DNA from: Octopus sinensis
Lineage: Eukaryota
Assembly (NCBI RefSeq): GCF_006345805.1
Contig: NC_043000.1
Location: 153,264,001 to 153,328,000 of the forward strand
DNA length: 64,000 nucleotides
Direction: 5' to 3'
The number at the start of each line of letters is the position of its first letter. Position 1 is the first letter of the stretch. Position numbers and translations under genes: made by a program. The notes beneath the pieces are model-generated. The model did no database searches and was not told the origin of the DNA. It worked only from the letters and a program-made list of their open reading frames with translations. Below, piece by piece: positions 38,313 to 50,559 of this stretch.

Positions 38313-38892
38313 ATTTCTCAAATAGATATAAAAGGACCCATAAATAGTATTATATCCTTGTGCTAGGAACTGCAGAACACTGCGTAAATGGCGAGGGTTT
38401 CGATAACCAATGGAATTCAAATAATGCCATAATTTTTGTATGAATAACGGTAAGTTCTGTGGAGCCCAGTAGCATCTACATAGACAAAATGAAGATGTCT
38501 CTCATAACTCTTTTAGAATCAATTGAATCGTCTAAATTGATTCGCCAGACGGATTAAAATTTATTTCGTTACCTAATACCATAAGTTGATGCGCAGTTAT
38601 CTATTGAAAAATATGTTGATATATCTAAACATAGCTTCTCTAAACATAGCTTCTCTAGAGTCGTAATAGAGCATTAAGAGTAAAGATAATCAGATGACAT
38701 TGGGTTCACTGCTAATCTGTATGGAATTTGTATTAAAGAGAACGCTATTCCCCTTTTGATTCTGTCTACAACATCTGTCTGGTTTTTACTTTAATTCCAT
38801 TTCTAAAAATGGAAGCATATTTTGATTAATTTATGTTGTTTTTGCTTTAATTTCAGGAAAAATATATTTGTCGATGTGTTCTGTCACTTTGT

Positions 38893-38967
<75 letters not shown>

Positions 38968-39453
38968 CTGTGTGTATGTATGCATTTAAATATACATGTA
39001 TACATATACACACATATATTTCAGTTTAAAGAAACAAATATAGACCTAGAAAGTCAGATGCTAAAATCCCGAATCTAACGTAATCTGCAATTTTAAATAA
39101 CTGAGATAAAATTTGTTCATTTTCTGCGAAGATCATTTTTCTCCTAAATATACACTTGACCAAGAAATCCTTTTATCAGATATGAGAAATCATGACAGGA
39201 CTTTGACGTCATAGCTTATCCCTTCATTTTTATGAGGATTATGACTGAGCAACAGAAAATGTCACCCTCTCTCATTAAAGTCATCTATGAAAATATGTAT
39301 ATGTGTGTGTGTGTATGGGTGTGCGTGTGTGCGTGTGCGTGTATATATATATATGTATTAGGTAATCCGAGTCTGAACGGGTCTGTTTCTGTTAAAAGCC
39401 AGCGAAGCTTCAAGTCACGTAGAGCTGAATCAATAATAATAATAATAATAATA

Positions 39454-39491
<38 letters not shown>

Positions 39492-39494
39492 TTG

Positions 39495-39537
<43 letters not shown>

Positions 39538-39540
39538 TTG

Positions 39541-39585
<45 letters not shown>

Positions 39586-39588
<3 letters not shown>

Positions 39589-40026
39589 GCTCAATACCAC
39601 AGATTTGCTTGTCAGTTGTTTGACCTTAACCAGTTGAGCATGTCCCTTAGTGGCTGACGATATGTGCATCTCTGATCACGAGCAGAAGTAGTGGGGGAGC
39701 ATCATAGCCATGTGTTGAGAGGGATTCTTTGGGGTTTGAATAGTTCACCTCTGGAAACATGGGTGGTTCTTTCAACATCCTTAAACAACACTTATTCAGG
39801 ACCGTTTGAGCGGGATGGGCTACTCAACCTGAAGAAAATTCTAACTGGGCCCCACCTGCAAGGTCATGTGCTGTTTATCTTAATATGAGATCACCATGTC
39901 GCGCACATATGGTTGTGATGCATGTGCCTGGTGTACCTTTATCAGACGGGTAGTCATGATGGGTATATTGGGCTTCGTATATTTTACCCCAGTGTCACTT
40001 TGATGGCATGAACTGCTCTCTCACTC
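39586..40026 (+). mobile_element. Unclassified 440-bp non-coding element embedded in (TAA)n
   Basis: GC-richer block with sharp borders, flanked on both sides by long (AAT)n arrays; no tRNA head, TIR or convincing ORF. Orientation inferred from the CTCACTC-(AAT)n end. Confidence 0.6.
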
Positions 40027-40051
40027 AATAATAATAATAATAATAATAATG

Positions 40052-40110
<59 letters not shown>

Positions 40111-40148
40111 TGCCACTTTGACCTACAAATAATCAAGAAGGAAGGCGA

Positions 40149-40267
<119 letters not shown>

Positions 40268-40274
40268 CAACCCT

Positions 40275-40366
40275 TTTAAGTACGACACAGCCCGGCTATG
40301 GAAAATAAAGAAGTGGAAGATAGTGTCAATTATAGTTGAGTCTTTGGGGAACAGTATCAAAAGGCT
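40275..40366 (+). mobile_element. R4/Dong-clade LINE fragment
   Basis: RLWKIKKWKIVSIIVESLGTVSKG resembles the fragment at 12888-13016. Confidence 0.65.
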
Positions 40367-42793
40367 TTGGTAAATAATCAAGGTGTACTTGTCAACGAAC
40401 CAGAGATGTGTGAGGCCTTTCAGGAACACTTCGCCCAGCTTTTCGGGGGGAGCGATGGACCGGATGGTAGGAGGAACCTTGCGGATTTCCTTGCCGGGCT
40501 GCCGAGCCTCTCGGGGAAGGATGCGGAGTCTTGTGAAGAACCGATCACGCCTGGGTAGGTAATTGAGGCTCTGGCGGACTGTAGCGAAGGTAAGTCACCG
40601 GGACTGGATGGTCTGCCCTACGAGCTATATAAGTGTATGCCAGACTTGTTCGGGCACCTGCTGGCCAGCGTGTACGCGAACTGGCAATAGAATGAGTTTA
40701 CTCCCAGATATGTACGCCGGGGAGTGGTGACACTCTCAGAAAGGACTCGGACAAGGGGGATCGTATGGATAACTTCAAGACCATCACTCTGTTAAATACA
40801 GAAGTGAAGATTTTGGCCAAGGTGCTAGCAAAAAAGGTTGGCGCGTGTCGCGGATGGTCTGATCGGGGAGGCACAGACATGTGTATTTCCCGGCAGAAGC
40901 ATCCAGTATAATCTCCACCTTCTCCACTACATCTTAGAGGGGTTTGGGAGCAAATTTGGCGAAGGTGGAGCATTGGTACATTTAGACCAATCTAAAGCTT
41001 TCGATAAGGTTGACCATAAATACCTAGTGACTGTTATCGCACATTTTGGCCTGGGTCTTGGCTTCCTTAGGTGGATATTTCAATTGTATGAAAACATTGA
41101 CTCGATCGTTCAGGTGAAGAGTTTTCTATCAAGACCGTTCTGAATCAAACGCTCGATTCGCCAGGGGTGTCCACTCTCACCACTTTTCTATGTGATGGCT
41201 CTTCAGCCGTTACTGCGAAGTTTGAGTGGCATCCTGAGAGAGCAAGGATATGGAGAGTATGTTTCAGCTTATGCGGATGACATCACCATCAGCGTACCGA
41301 AACGGAACGCCTGCAGCAGGTAGGCAAGGCTATTGAGGTTTACGAGACGGTGGCAGGAGCAAAGATTAAGCGGGAGAAATCGGTCGGCTTGCAACTCGGC
41401 ACCTGGAGGGGCAAGTCGATGCCTTCAGACAGCGTCGTAGGACGTTCGACGGAAGGGCCGGTTAAGTTACTAGGGGTCTGGTTTGGTCCGGACCTCCAGG
41501 TAGAGAAGAATTGGACCGAGGTTTCGAGCAGAGTGGACTACTTAGTCAAGATCTGGTCTTTGCGGTGGCTATGCCTGAAAGGGAGGGCGGAGGTGACCAA
41601 TGTGTTCATCGCATTGGTCATTACCTAGCGCCTATCCGTCGTTCCTTGCCCGGATTTGTGGTTTATCAAGTTAGAAAGACAGCCCTTACGCTTTTTGAGG
41701 AAGACCCTCTATTTGTTGTCAAAGACCGTTAAAGGGAGGACTAGGGATGCCTTGGCTGTTGTAGCGCAAATATGGGCTGAGGTTGAAGCATCTCTGGATT
41801 CTCCTGGATGGTGAACAAGTGTGGTTTCCGCTGGCGAATCAGATGTTTCCCTCGTTCGCTTGTTTTGTGGACGTGAAGACTGGTGCTTTCGTAGATCAAG
41901 GTTGAGTGAGTGGCATATGGAGTGTCGCAAGGCCCTCTTGCTATTCCGTCGCTCGGGTAATGCTAGCGGTGAGGGCTCTATAGCATTTTTATAAAGAGTG
42001 TAGAGGCTGAATGTGACGATGCTATGGGGGAGACTCTGGGTCTCAGGTACATTCAATTTGACAGCCTGTTCTTTCGTACGTTTGGGTGGAGGACGTTAAT
42101 GACTTCCAACAGTCCTTGAGCTGGCAATGTTACAGAAGTGCCTTGCCCGTTCGGGATAAGCTTGCAAGACATGGTCAATGCGACACACCGACCTTTCCAA
42201 GATGTGAGCGGAATAGGGAAACCGTCCCGCACGCTATTGTTCAGTGTCCGAATGTGTCGGAGATGTGGGCTTATGTGGAACATCTGTTGTCTGGTACAGG
42301 AAGAGTACAGATGTCGACTGAGCCAATTATAAAAATTGATCCACCTGAACTTTTGTCAAATGAAGGTAAGTATTGTTTTCTTATCGTAGTAGCAGTAGCG
42401 AAAGAGGTGGTATGAAAGACAAGGATGAAAGGAGTAAAGACAGGCATCTTCATCTCTGGCCTTGCCTTACAAAGGTATTTTGCTTTACACTTGAAAAGGA
42501 AAGTGAGGCTGAAGAAGAAAATGTTCGATGTCGGAGAAAATGTTCGATGAAAGATGGAAGTCTGTTGCCCGAGTGCTGCGAGTGGGTGTAACCGTGTTAG
42601 TATGCCATAAAGTTTCTTGAAAAGGTATCAGTGGTGGACTGGGGCTCGCGGGGTCGGAGCTGAACCCAAACAGCACTCCATTTGTTTTGTCTTTTCTATA
42701 GTAACTCATTTCTTATATAATTACAGGTAAAATTTTAAAGGCATTTTTATGTTAGTCCCTGTCTATGTTGGCTCCTAGTGGGCAATAAAGAAT
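40367..42793 (+). mobile_element. L1/Tx1-clade LINE, 5'-truncated, inactive ORF2 (RT plus C-terminal zinc knuckle)
   Basis: GKSPGLDGLPYELY, ITLLNTEVKILAKVLA, LDQSKAFDKVDH, RQGCPLSP (41160-83), YADD (41270-81), CERNRETVPHAIVQCP; several stops and frameshifts; 3' end GTGGGCAATAAAGAATC. Confidence 0.95.
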
Positions 42794-42905
42794 CATCGAT
42801 ATTTGTCATTATACATGCATATCAAACAATATACATTACCTTTGGTATTCGAGTACTATTTTTTCCAACTTGTTTCGCATTTATGTGCTTATTTGTGAAT
42901 ATATA

Positions 42906-42952
<47 letters not shown>

Positions 42953-42993
42953 ATGTGTGTGTGTGAGTGTGTGTGTGTGCAATGTATATACAT

Positions 42994-43390
42994 AGGTGCA
43001 GGAGTGGCTGTGTGGTAAGAAACTTGCTTCCCAACAACATGGTTCCGGGTTCAGTCCAGCTGCATGACCCCTTGGGCAAGTATCTTCTACTATAGCCTCG
43101 GGCCGACCAAAGCCTTGTGAGTGGATTTGGTAGACGGAAACTAAAAGAAGCCTGTCGTATATATGTATATATATGTATGCATGTGTTTGTTGTTTGTGTC
43201 CGTGTTTGTCCCTCACCATCGCTTGACAACCAATATTCGTGTGTTTACGTCACCGTAACTTAGCAGCTCGGCAAAAGAGATGAATAGAATAAATACAAGG
43301 CTTACAAAGAATAAATCCTGGGGTCGATTTATTCGACTAAAGGTGGTATTCCAACATGGCCGCAGTCAAATGCCTGAAATAAGTGAAAGA
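42994..43390 (+). mobile_element. CORE-type SINE
   Basis: Plus-strand copy of the family. Confidence 0.92.
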
Positions 43391-43544
43391 ATATATAAAT
43401 ATATTTGTAAATACATAAACATATATACATATTTATATGTATAATAAGACATGCATGTGCAACTATTCTTATTGCTGGCTGGTAATTTTGCCAATACGTT
43501 CCTGTAAAAGTCTATCAGAGTTAAAGTAATGTTTTCATCGAATA

Positions 43545-43851
43545 CTAGCAGTATCGCCCGGCGTTGCTCGGGTTTCTAAGGGAAATAACTATATAAGCAT
43601 TTTTAGAGAGTTACTTCACTTATATAACCCGAGCAAAAATCATTAAAAATGCGGAAAAATGATGGTAAATTTTTTTTTAAATCGTAGACTCATCGTATAC
43701 GCGCGCTAATATCCAGAAGGGCTCGATATGAATGACGACTATAAGATACCCGCTTTTGGTTAAACTGCACCGCAAAATGTGGGAGTAGTTAGGAATCTAA
43801 ATCGGAGGAGACAGAGTCTCACACACACAACTTAAATTTCATATATAAAGA
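43545..43851 (-). mobile_element. Non-autonomous Helitron
   Basis: Minus strand A|TC ... hairpin CCCGAGCAACGCCGGG (43557-72), 8 nt, CTAG|T; no TSD; internal (CA)n. Confidence 0.82.
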
Positions 43852-43888
43852 TATATATATAATATATATATATATATTATATATATAT

Positions 43889-44032
<144 letters not shown>

Positions 44033-44827
44033 TGTGGAGGTCGGTAGCTGGAATCGTTAAAATGTGTTTGTTTATAGAGAAGTTCTCTACTTGATTGCCT
44101 ACACACATACCTGCATAAACATATGTGAGCATAAATGTTTCACTTGATCCAATCTGTATGTTATACAATCTTTCCGTTAGCAAATTGCCATTTAAATGCG
44201 CTAAAATGATCCGTTTACCTTGTTCAATCTATGCCCATAAATAATCTGTTTTCACGACAATCTTCTAATGGACAATAAACTTTGGAAAAAGAGGTAGAGT
44301 TTTTTTTTTGTCCAAGCATGAAGGGCTATGCAGTTAAAGAACAGATATATTATTCTGTTACCAAATGGTTGTCAATGTTACTGATGCTAAGGGAAAGGAA
44401 AGGAAAATATTGGAGGACCTTGTTCTTTTGTTACCGATATTGTATAGGAAATAATTTACATTAGAATAACATTTTAACGTCTTAGGACAGTGATTTTAGG
44501 AAGTGTTGTTGCGTACAACTTTCTATATGAGACAAATAGGGTTTCAAATGAATATGGAACAATGTCCAATATAATAATGATCACCAGATAAACATTTGCA
44601 TAAGGATTTAAAATAACATTCATAATTCCATAAATACATGTACTTTTTATACGTATATTCTATATGAAATTTTATAACATACATATCTAAATAAACACAG
44701 ACACGTGTGTGTGTCTATGATAAGTCCCGTGTCGTTTATGCTTGAACAAATTAATCTCTAATTAAGTTTAGAGACAATATAAGTAACAAGATATATTTTC
44801 TTTGATGTTAATAGTGAATTTATTTGC

Positions 44828-45007
44828 CTGTGACAAGAAAAGCAACTTTACGACTGCTTCTTTCTGTATTATTGTTATGTTTTTGTACTGTCACGCTGAC
44901 GAGAACTGTCTTTGTGTTTGATTGTACTACATCCTCAGAAACAAAGTTAGTTGTTGCTCTTCTTTGCCCTTCGTACAACTTAAGTGTAAAAACAGAATTT
45001 TCATCTT
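44828..45007 (-). CDS. Candidate 180-nt phase 1-1 exon of an unidentified gene
   Basis: Pyrimidine-rich CCTAG acceptor; open frame (E)DENSVFTLKLYEGQRRATTNFVSEDVVQSNTKTVLVSVTVQKHNNNTERSSRKVAFLVT(G); only a non-canonical AG|GCAAAT donor; no family recognised. Confidence 0.25.
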
Positions 45008-45360
45008 CTAGGATCCGAAGATAGGATTATGAGTGAGTGGTGTAAACACTCACAACCATTTTACAAGATGTAAGGATGAAATTTTGCCAAGGTAAATAAC
45101 CGAACTAATTGTAAAATGAGAAAAAATAACAAATCTGATTGGCAAGATGCCTCCCAATATGCCAGATATATATCACCTTATTCCGGGGTTGAATGTTACA
45201 TGTACCATAGCATTAATGGAAACAGCGTTTTGTAATATTGTTGGTAAAAATACAATAATGAATAACCAAGGAGTATTACAACAGTATCAAGAACTGTGAC
45301 AATCGTAGTTTTATATATACAATATACACATACATAAATATGCATACATACATTTATATA

Positions 45361-45762
45361 TACTCTTTACTCTTTTACTTGTTTCAGTCATTTGACTGCG
45401 GCCATGCTGGAGCACCGCCTTTAATCGAGCAACTCGACCCCGGGACTTATTCTTTTGTAAGCCCAGTACTTATTCTATCGGTCTCTTTTGCCGAACCGCT
45501 AAGTAACGGGGACGTAAACACACCAGCATCGGTTGTCAAGCAATGCTAGGGGGACAAACACAGACACACAAACATACACGCACACACACATATATATATA
45601 CATATATACGACGGGCTTCTTTCAGTTTCCGTCTACCAAATCCACTCACAAGGCTTTGGTCGGCCCGGGGCTATAGCAGAAGACACTTGCGCAAGGTGCC
45701 ACGCAGTGGGACTGAACCTGGAACCATGTGGTTGGTAAGCAAGCTACTTACCACACAGCCAC
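45361..45762 (-). mobile_element. CORE-type SINE
   Basis: Matches 959-1451. Confidence 0.94.
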
Positions 45763-45794
45763 ACATCTATGTATGTATGCATGTATGTATATCA

Positions 45795-46710
45795 TTCAGT
45801 TTTACTTCAAGATTTCTTGCCAGTAGAGAAGGGGCCGGTTTCTAACCTCGATCCAAGGCTCATTCACTGGAATTTCAACATTAACAAGGTATATTTGTAT
45901 ATATATATGTATATGTTCGGATATGTATGTTTTGTTTCATGTATGTATTCTCATGCATATAGTTTGCATGTCTAGGCATGCTATATATATATACATAAAA
46001 GATAAACTTCTGGAAAGGTTTACAAACTTTTACAGTTTCAGTGATGGCTTGGATCTGTAGTTGTCGAATCAGTTTTCTCCTTTCTAGTTTTGAGAAGTCT
46101 AAAATGTATGTATGCATGCATGTATGTATGTATGTATACATGTATGTATGTATGTATGTATGTATGTATACATGTATGTATGTATGTATGTATGTATGTA
46201 TGTATGTATGTATGTATACATGTATGTATGTATGTATGTATGTATGTATGTATATATGTATGCATGTATGCATGTATGTATATATGTATGCATGTATGCA
46301 TGTATGTATGTATGTATGTATGTATGTATGTATGTATGTATGTATGTATGTCATTATTCAGCTTTATTTCAAGATTCCTTGCCAACAGAGAAACGTCATT
46401 TTCTAAGCTAGAGCCAAAGCTTCTTCATTGGAATCTCAACAACATCAACAAGGTATTTTTGTATGTATGTATGTATGCATGATTGTATGTATGTATGTAT
46501 GTATGTATGTATGTATGTATGTATGTATGTATGTATGTATGTATGTGTGAAGATTTGTATGCTTTGTTTTATGAATGTATTCTCATGCGTACAGTTGCAT
46601 GTCTAGACATGCTCATGTATATTTAAATGATAAACTTCTGCAAAGTTTCACAGATGTTTACAGTTCCAGTGATGGATCTGTAGCCTTCGAATCAGCTTTC
46701 TCCCTTCTGG
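45795..46710 (-). repeat. Two tandem copies of repeat family P2 separated by (TATG)n
   Basis: Copies at 45795-46085 and 46351-46710, similar to 1832-2030. Confidence 0.75.
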
Positions 46711-46777
46711 TTTCTTAAGATTGGTATTTAGGCAGTGTGCTACAACTCCCAGGGCCCCAATAATTACAGGTATAGAC

Positions 46778-47010
46778 TAAGGCGGCGAGCTGGCAGAAAC
46801 GTTAGCACGCCGGGCGAAATGCTTAGCGGTATTTCGTCTGCCGTTACGTTCTGAGTTCAAATTCCGCCGAGGTCGACTTTACCTTTCATCCTTTCGGAGT
46901 CGATTAAATAAGTACCAGTTACGCACTGGGGTCGATATAATCGACTTAATCTGTTTGTCTGTCCTTGTTTGTCCTCTCTGTGTTTAGCCCCTTGAGGGTA
47001 GTAAAGAAAT
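46778..47010 (+). mobile_element. SINE family M, tail A
   Basis: TSD AGGTATAGAC at 46768-77 and 47011-20. Confidence 0.95.
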
Positions 47011-47239
47011 AGGTATAGACCTGAACTTATGATCTGGATGGAATTATTGCAGATTTCTTAATTGTTCAGCGTAGGTATACACTTTTTCACTGTACACGGT
47101 TTCTCTTCTTTATCCCAAATCATTATATCAGGTCCTTTTTACCAAACTGTGGGTTCTTATTTCTTTGTCGTCGGGGAAATGAAAAAAAAAAGAGGATGGT
47201 GACTTTATTGCGTATGGAGGAACAGTCCTCATAATGTGT

Positions 47240-48056
47240 GAAAGTTTTAAACTTAAATAACTTACTCCTGAAATGTTTAAGCACCACGTTTTTCAACATG
47301 GCCTTACAGCAAATGAAGATAGAGAAATACGAGCAAGAATTCTTTCAAAACTTGAACAAGCGAACCAAGATTTTACTCACACGACTACCGCAGACAGAAC
47401 AGTGTTTATCAAGGATACGGTACGGGCGGGATAGTGACACTGTCCTTCACGTCTTCGTACAGTGGGCAGAAATTAGGGAACTGATAACCTATATCGAATA
47501 GCTGTTATCAACGACAGAAACAGTACAGCTATCAGCTAATCTATTATTAAGATTGTGCCGCCCTACTCCTTGAACAGGTAGAGGAGGGCTTTTTTTCTCT
47601 GCATAGTGGCCATACTGAAAGAGACACTATGGAAAACACGTCTGAAAGGGATTGCGACAGGTACTTTCATCTCCAGCCGGAGACTGGTTAGTTATTATTA
47701 CTACCACATCCAAAGTAAAATCCTGCTGGAGAAGAGATACCTGTCGCATAGTACGTTTGATAGAAGATGGACGACAGTTGTCAGAAAGTTGCGGTTGAAT
47801 GGAAATGGTGTACTTTAATAATTGAATGAAATTATAGCCATCTAACGACAAAAGATAACGACGGTGGGTTAATTAACCCGGTGATGTATATACAAAATAG
47901 GAATTTTTATTTTTATTGATTTCTGTAGCATTTTAAAACTTCCATCCGATTTCATTATATTTTTCATTTTCATTGTAATCATATTGTGTATGTGCGCTTG
48001 TCTGTCCTTGTAATGTCCTCTTTGTGTTGGACCTTGTGTGGCCAATAAAAGAAATC
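47240..48056 (+). mobile_element. Second L1/Tx1-clade LINE subfamily, 3' fragment
   Basis: IIKIVPP..FFLCIVAILKETLWKTRLKGIATGTFIS aligns by eye with IIKIDPP..CFLIVVAVAKEVV*KTRMKGVKTGIFIS at 42325-42460; the 3' UTR ends GTGGCCAATAAAAGAAATC. Confidence 0.85.
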
Positions 48057-48577
48057 GTGTAAGTTCGAGTTGAGTTCGCAGTGAAGTCGGTTGGTTCATT
48101 TGGAATATTGATTGTTGGTTCGTGAAAGGATTGTTGGATCGTTAGTTGTTATTACGCCTGCATCGTTATCTTGTTTACTGTTACAATACTGGTACAGTGT
48201 ACCGAAACCATCCGCCACAATATCCTGGCAGTAACACGACAGTGGAGTCGGAGAATGCAACAGTTATTCAAGGACTATCTGAAACAAAATAACAACAAAA
48301 TCAACACTAGTGAGATTAAATGAGTGAAGAAAATGAATGAGGTTAATTGAATCAAGGCTTGTGTTAAAGAGAGATTAATTCAATATGCGGTAAACAGAAC
48401 AACTAAAACTTTCAGTAGCTGCATCGGTGAACTACTAAATAAGATAGTTACTGCTCTTTGTTTAGAATGTTCCGAGTCCAAAATGAGATGCTTACGTACA
48501 CACTAGGAATAATATATCTAATGATGACTAGCGATAAAATCAATCGCATTGTAGTGAAGATGTAAATTTCAAAATAA

Positions 48578-48987
48578 GGATCTTTTCGGTTTGAACGGCA
48601 GTTTTTTCTAGCGGTGTCATATGAATTTGTCACCCATAATTATGACCCTAGTATCGAGCTATTGCATTTCAATCTGTTTTAGGGTTAGGGGTGGGGGAAG
48701 GGTATCTTTTTTTTTTCAGAAATGTAAATAAACCCAATCTGTTTCTTAAACGAGGGATATATTCATACGGCACAGAATGTTTTCACCTCAATAGACGTCA
48801 TTGATTGGTTGAAATTGCAGAAATTGAAGAAAAAAACAACAGATATCTTACAAACCATAGAATTTTCTCAATAAAGCCAAGAGAAAAAGATGTTTTATAA
48901 ACACATTCTACCAGTATACGAAATTTAAAAGTGTCTAGTTACGTGGAAATTATTTTTCAAAAACTGCCGTTCAAACCGAAAAGATCC
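48578..48987. mobile_element. MITE with about 28-bp TIRs and an 8-bp TSD (Merlin-like termini)
   Basis: TIR GGATCTTTTCGGTTTGAACGGCAGTTTTT at both ends; TSD CAAAATAA at 48570-77 and 48988-95. Confidence 0.9.
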
Positions 48988-50559
48988 CAAAATAATTTTG
49001 ATTTCTAAAAATTAAGTTAATAGCGCGAAATATTGGAAAAGCCTGGTTTTGTAGGCAAGTTTAGAAACTCATTAGAAAGTGAGAGTCTGTGAAGTAGACA
49101 TAATTGAATATTTATACAATTTATATATGACCCTGAAAAAGGAAAGTGTTGAGTGAGAGAAGGAAGGGAAAAAAAGAGAAAAACCAGTAATAAAGGGAAA
49201 ATAATATCTGCTGAGGGAAACATGAAGAATATGTTATATGCTGCTCGACATGTTTTGTATGTTTGAGATGGAAGTAACATTAATTTGGTTGATTTTTTTT
49301 TGTCTCTTTACTTGACGAGGAAACCAATTACTTGGTTGGTTTCATAAGTTCGGACGGAAGACTAATGAAATAAAATAAAATAAAATAAAGAAAAATAAAT
49401 TAAATTAGATAAAACGGCAAGGAAGAATTGGGATACTAAAGAGGAACAGAACAACAAGATCGTAATTTTCAGGCGCTGTTGAGTAATATTTAATTGGCTT
49501 AAGTAGCTTCTGATAGATATTTTTTTTTTCCTTTGCCTTCTATCATTGCTAAATGATATCAGAATATCAGAAGTAATTCGCGCACACGTGCCTGTGGATA
49601 TGTATGCAGTTGTTTGTATGTGTATGCATGTATCTATACATGCATGCATATCTATATTATCTGAGCGTACGTGTGCATGTGTGCGCATGCTCTGAAATCT
49701 GATGCAGCTTAAACAGGGCGTTCACCTCAGCAGATGCTAGAGATTAATGTGATAAATGGAAACAAATATAAGATAAAGCAATTATAAACAAAAAGCTATA
49801 GATGGATATCGTGTATGAAGATATGCCATTAGACCGCAGGAGTAACCTATAAGACGTTGACATGATGTAATATTATTAGGATAAATCATTAACCAGTAAT
49901 TAATACAATTAAAAGTTCATCCATCTCTTAATCAAACTGAACAAAATATTTTCCCCAAGCTGGTAACTCAGCATCTATAAACTGATTAGTGTTGAAATGT
50001 AAGACCACGTAGCGCATAGTTACAGCGGTGTGTTCTCGGCCAATATTGAAAATCAATAACATGACAAAAGCTCTACTTTTATGTTATAGCGGTTTAATGG
50101 ATCCGCCATTAAAATATACGTTAGTTAAGAGCTAATATAAGTGACGATTTCAAACAGTTTTTGTATTTCTGTATCTTCGACCACGATCGTGATGAGAAAC
50201 TGTGTAGTCCATTGGATAGACCTCAATAAACAGCTCGCACTTTTTACTGATTCAAGGAAAATATAATCAATTTTCAAAGGTTTTGAACTTAGGTCGGCAA
50301 AAGTTGACACTAAGGTCTGTTTAATCCGATGCTTTACTGTCTCTGATTGTCAACAGTGTATCTAATTTCAAACATTGGTTAGCTAATATAAAGGTGGTGG
50401 ATTGGCAGAATCATTAGAACGTTGGAAAATGCCTTGCAATATGCCTCCTGGTTCTATATATTCTGAATTCTTCGCCTTTCAACTCTCTGAGTACTTGCGT
50501 ACCGAAGTTGACGTAATCGACTCGCTCCTATTCCTTAAAATTTCTGGCCTTGTGCAGTA

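Noticed and set aside
38330-38480. Exon suggested by a perfect CG|GTAAGT donor (plus) or a 48-codon open frame (minus)
   Set aside because: All plus frames from the nearest acceptor stop before the donor; the minus frame has no donor.
39654-39770. Hammerhead from CTGACGA (39654) and GAAAC (about 39754)
   Set aside because: No stem II closure or stem I pairing could be built.
40367-42793. Horizontally acquired or bacterial GC-rich island
   Set aside because: Fully explained as L1/Tx1 ORF2 by its RT motifs and LINE-type 3' end.
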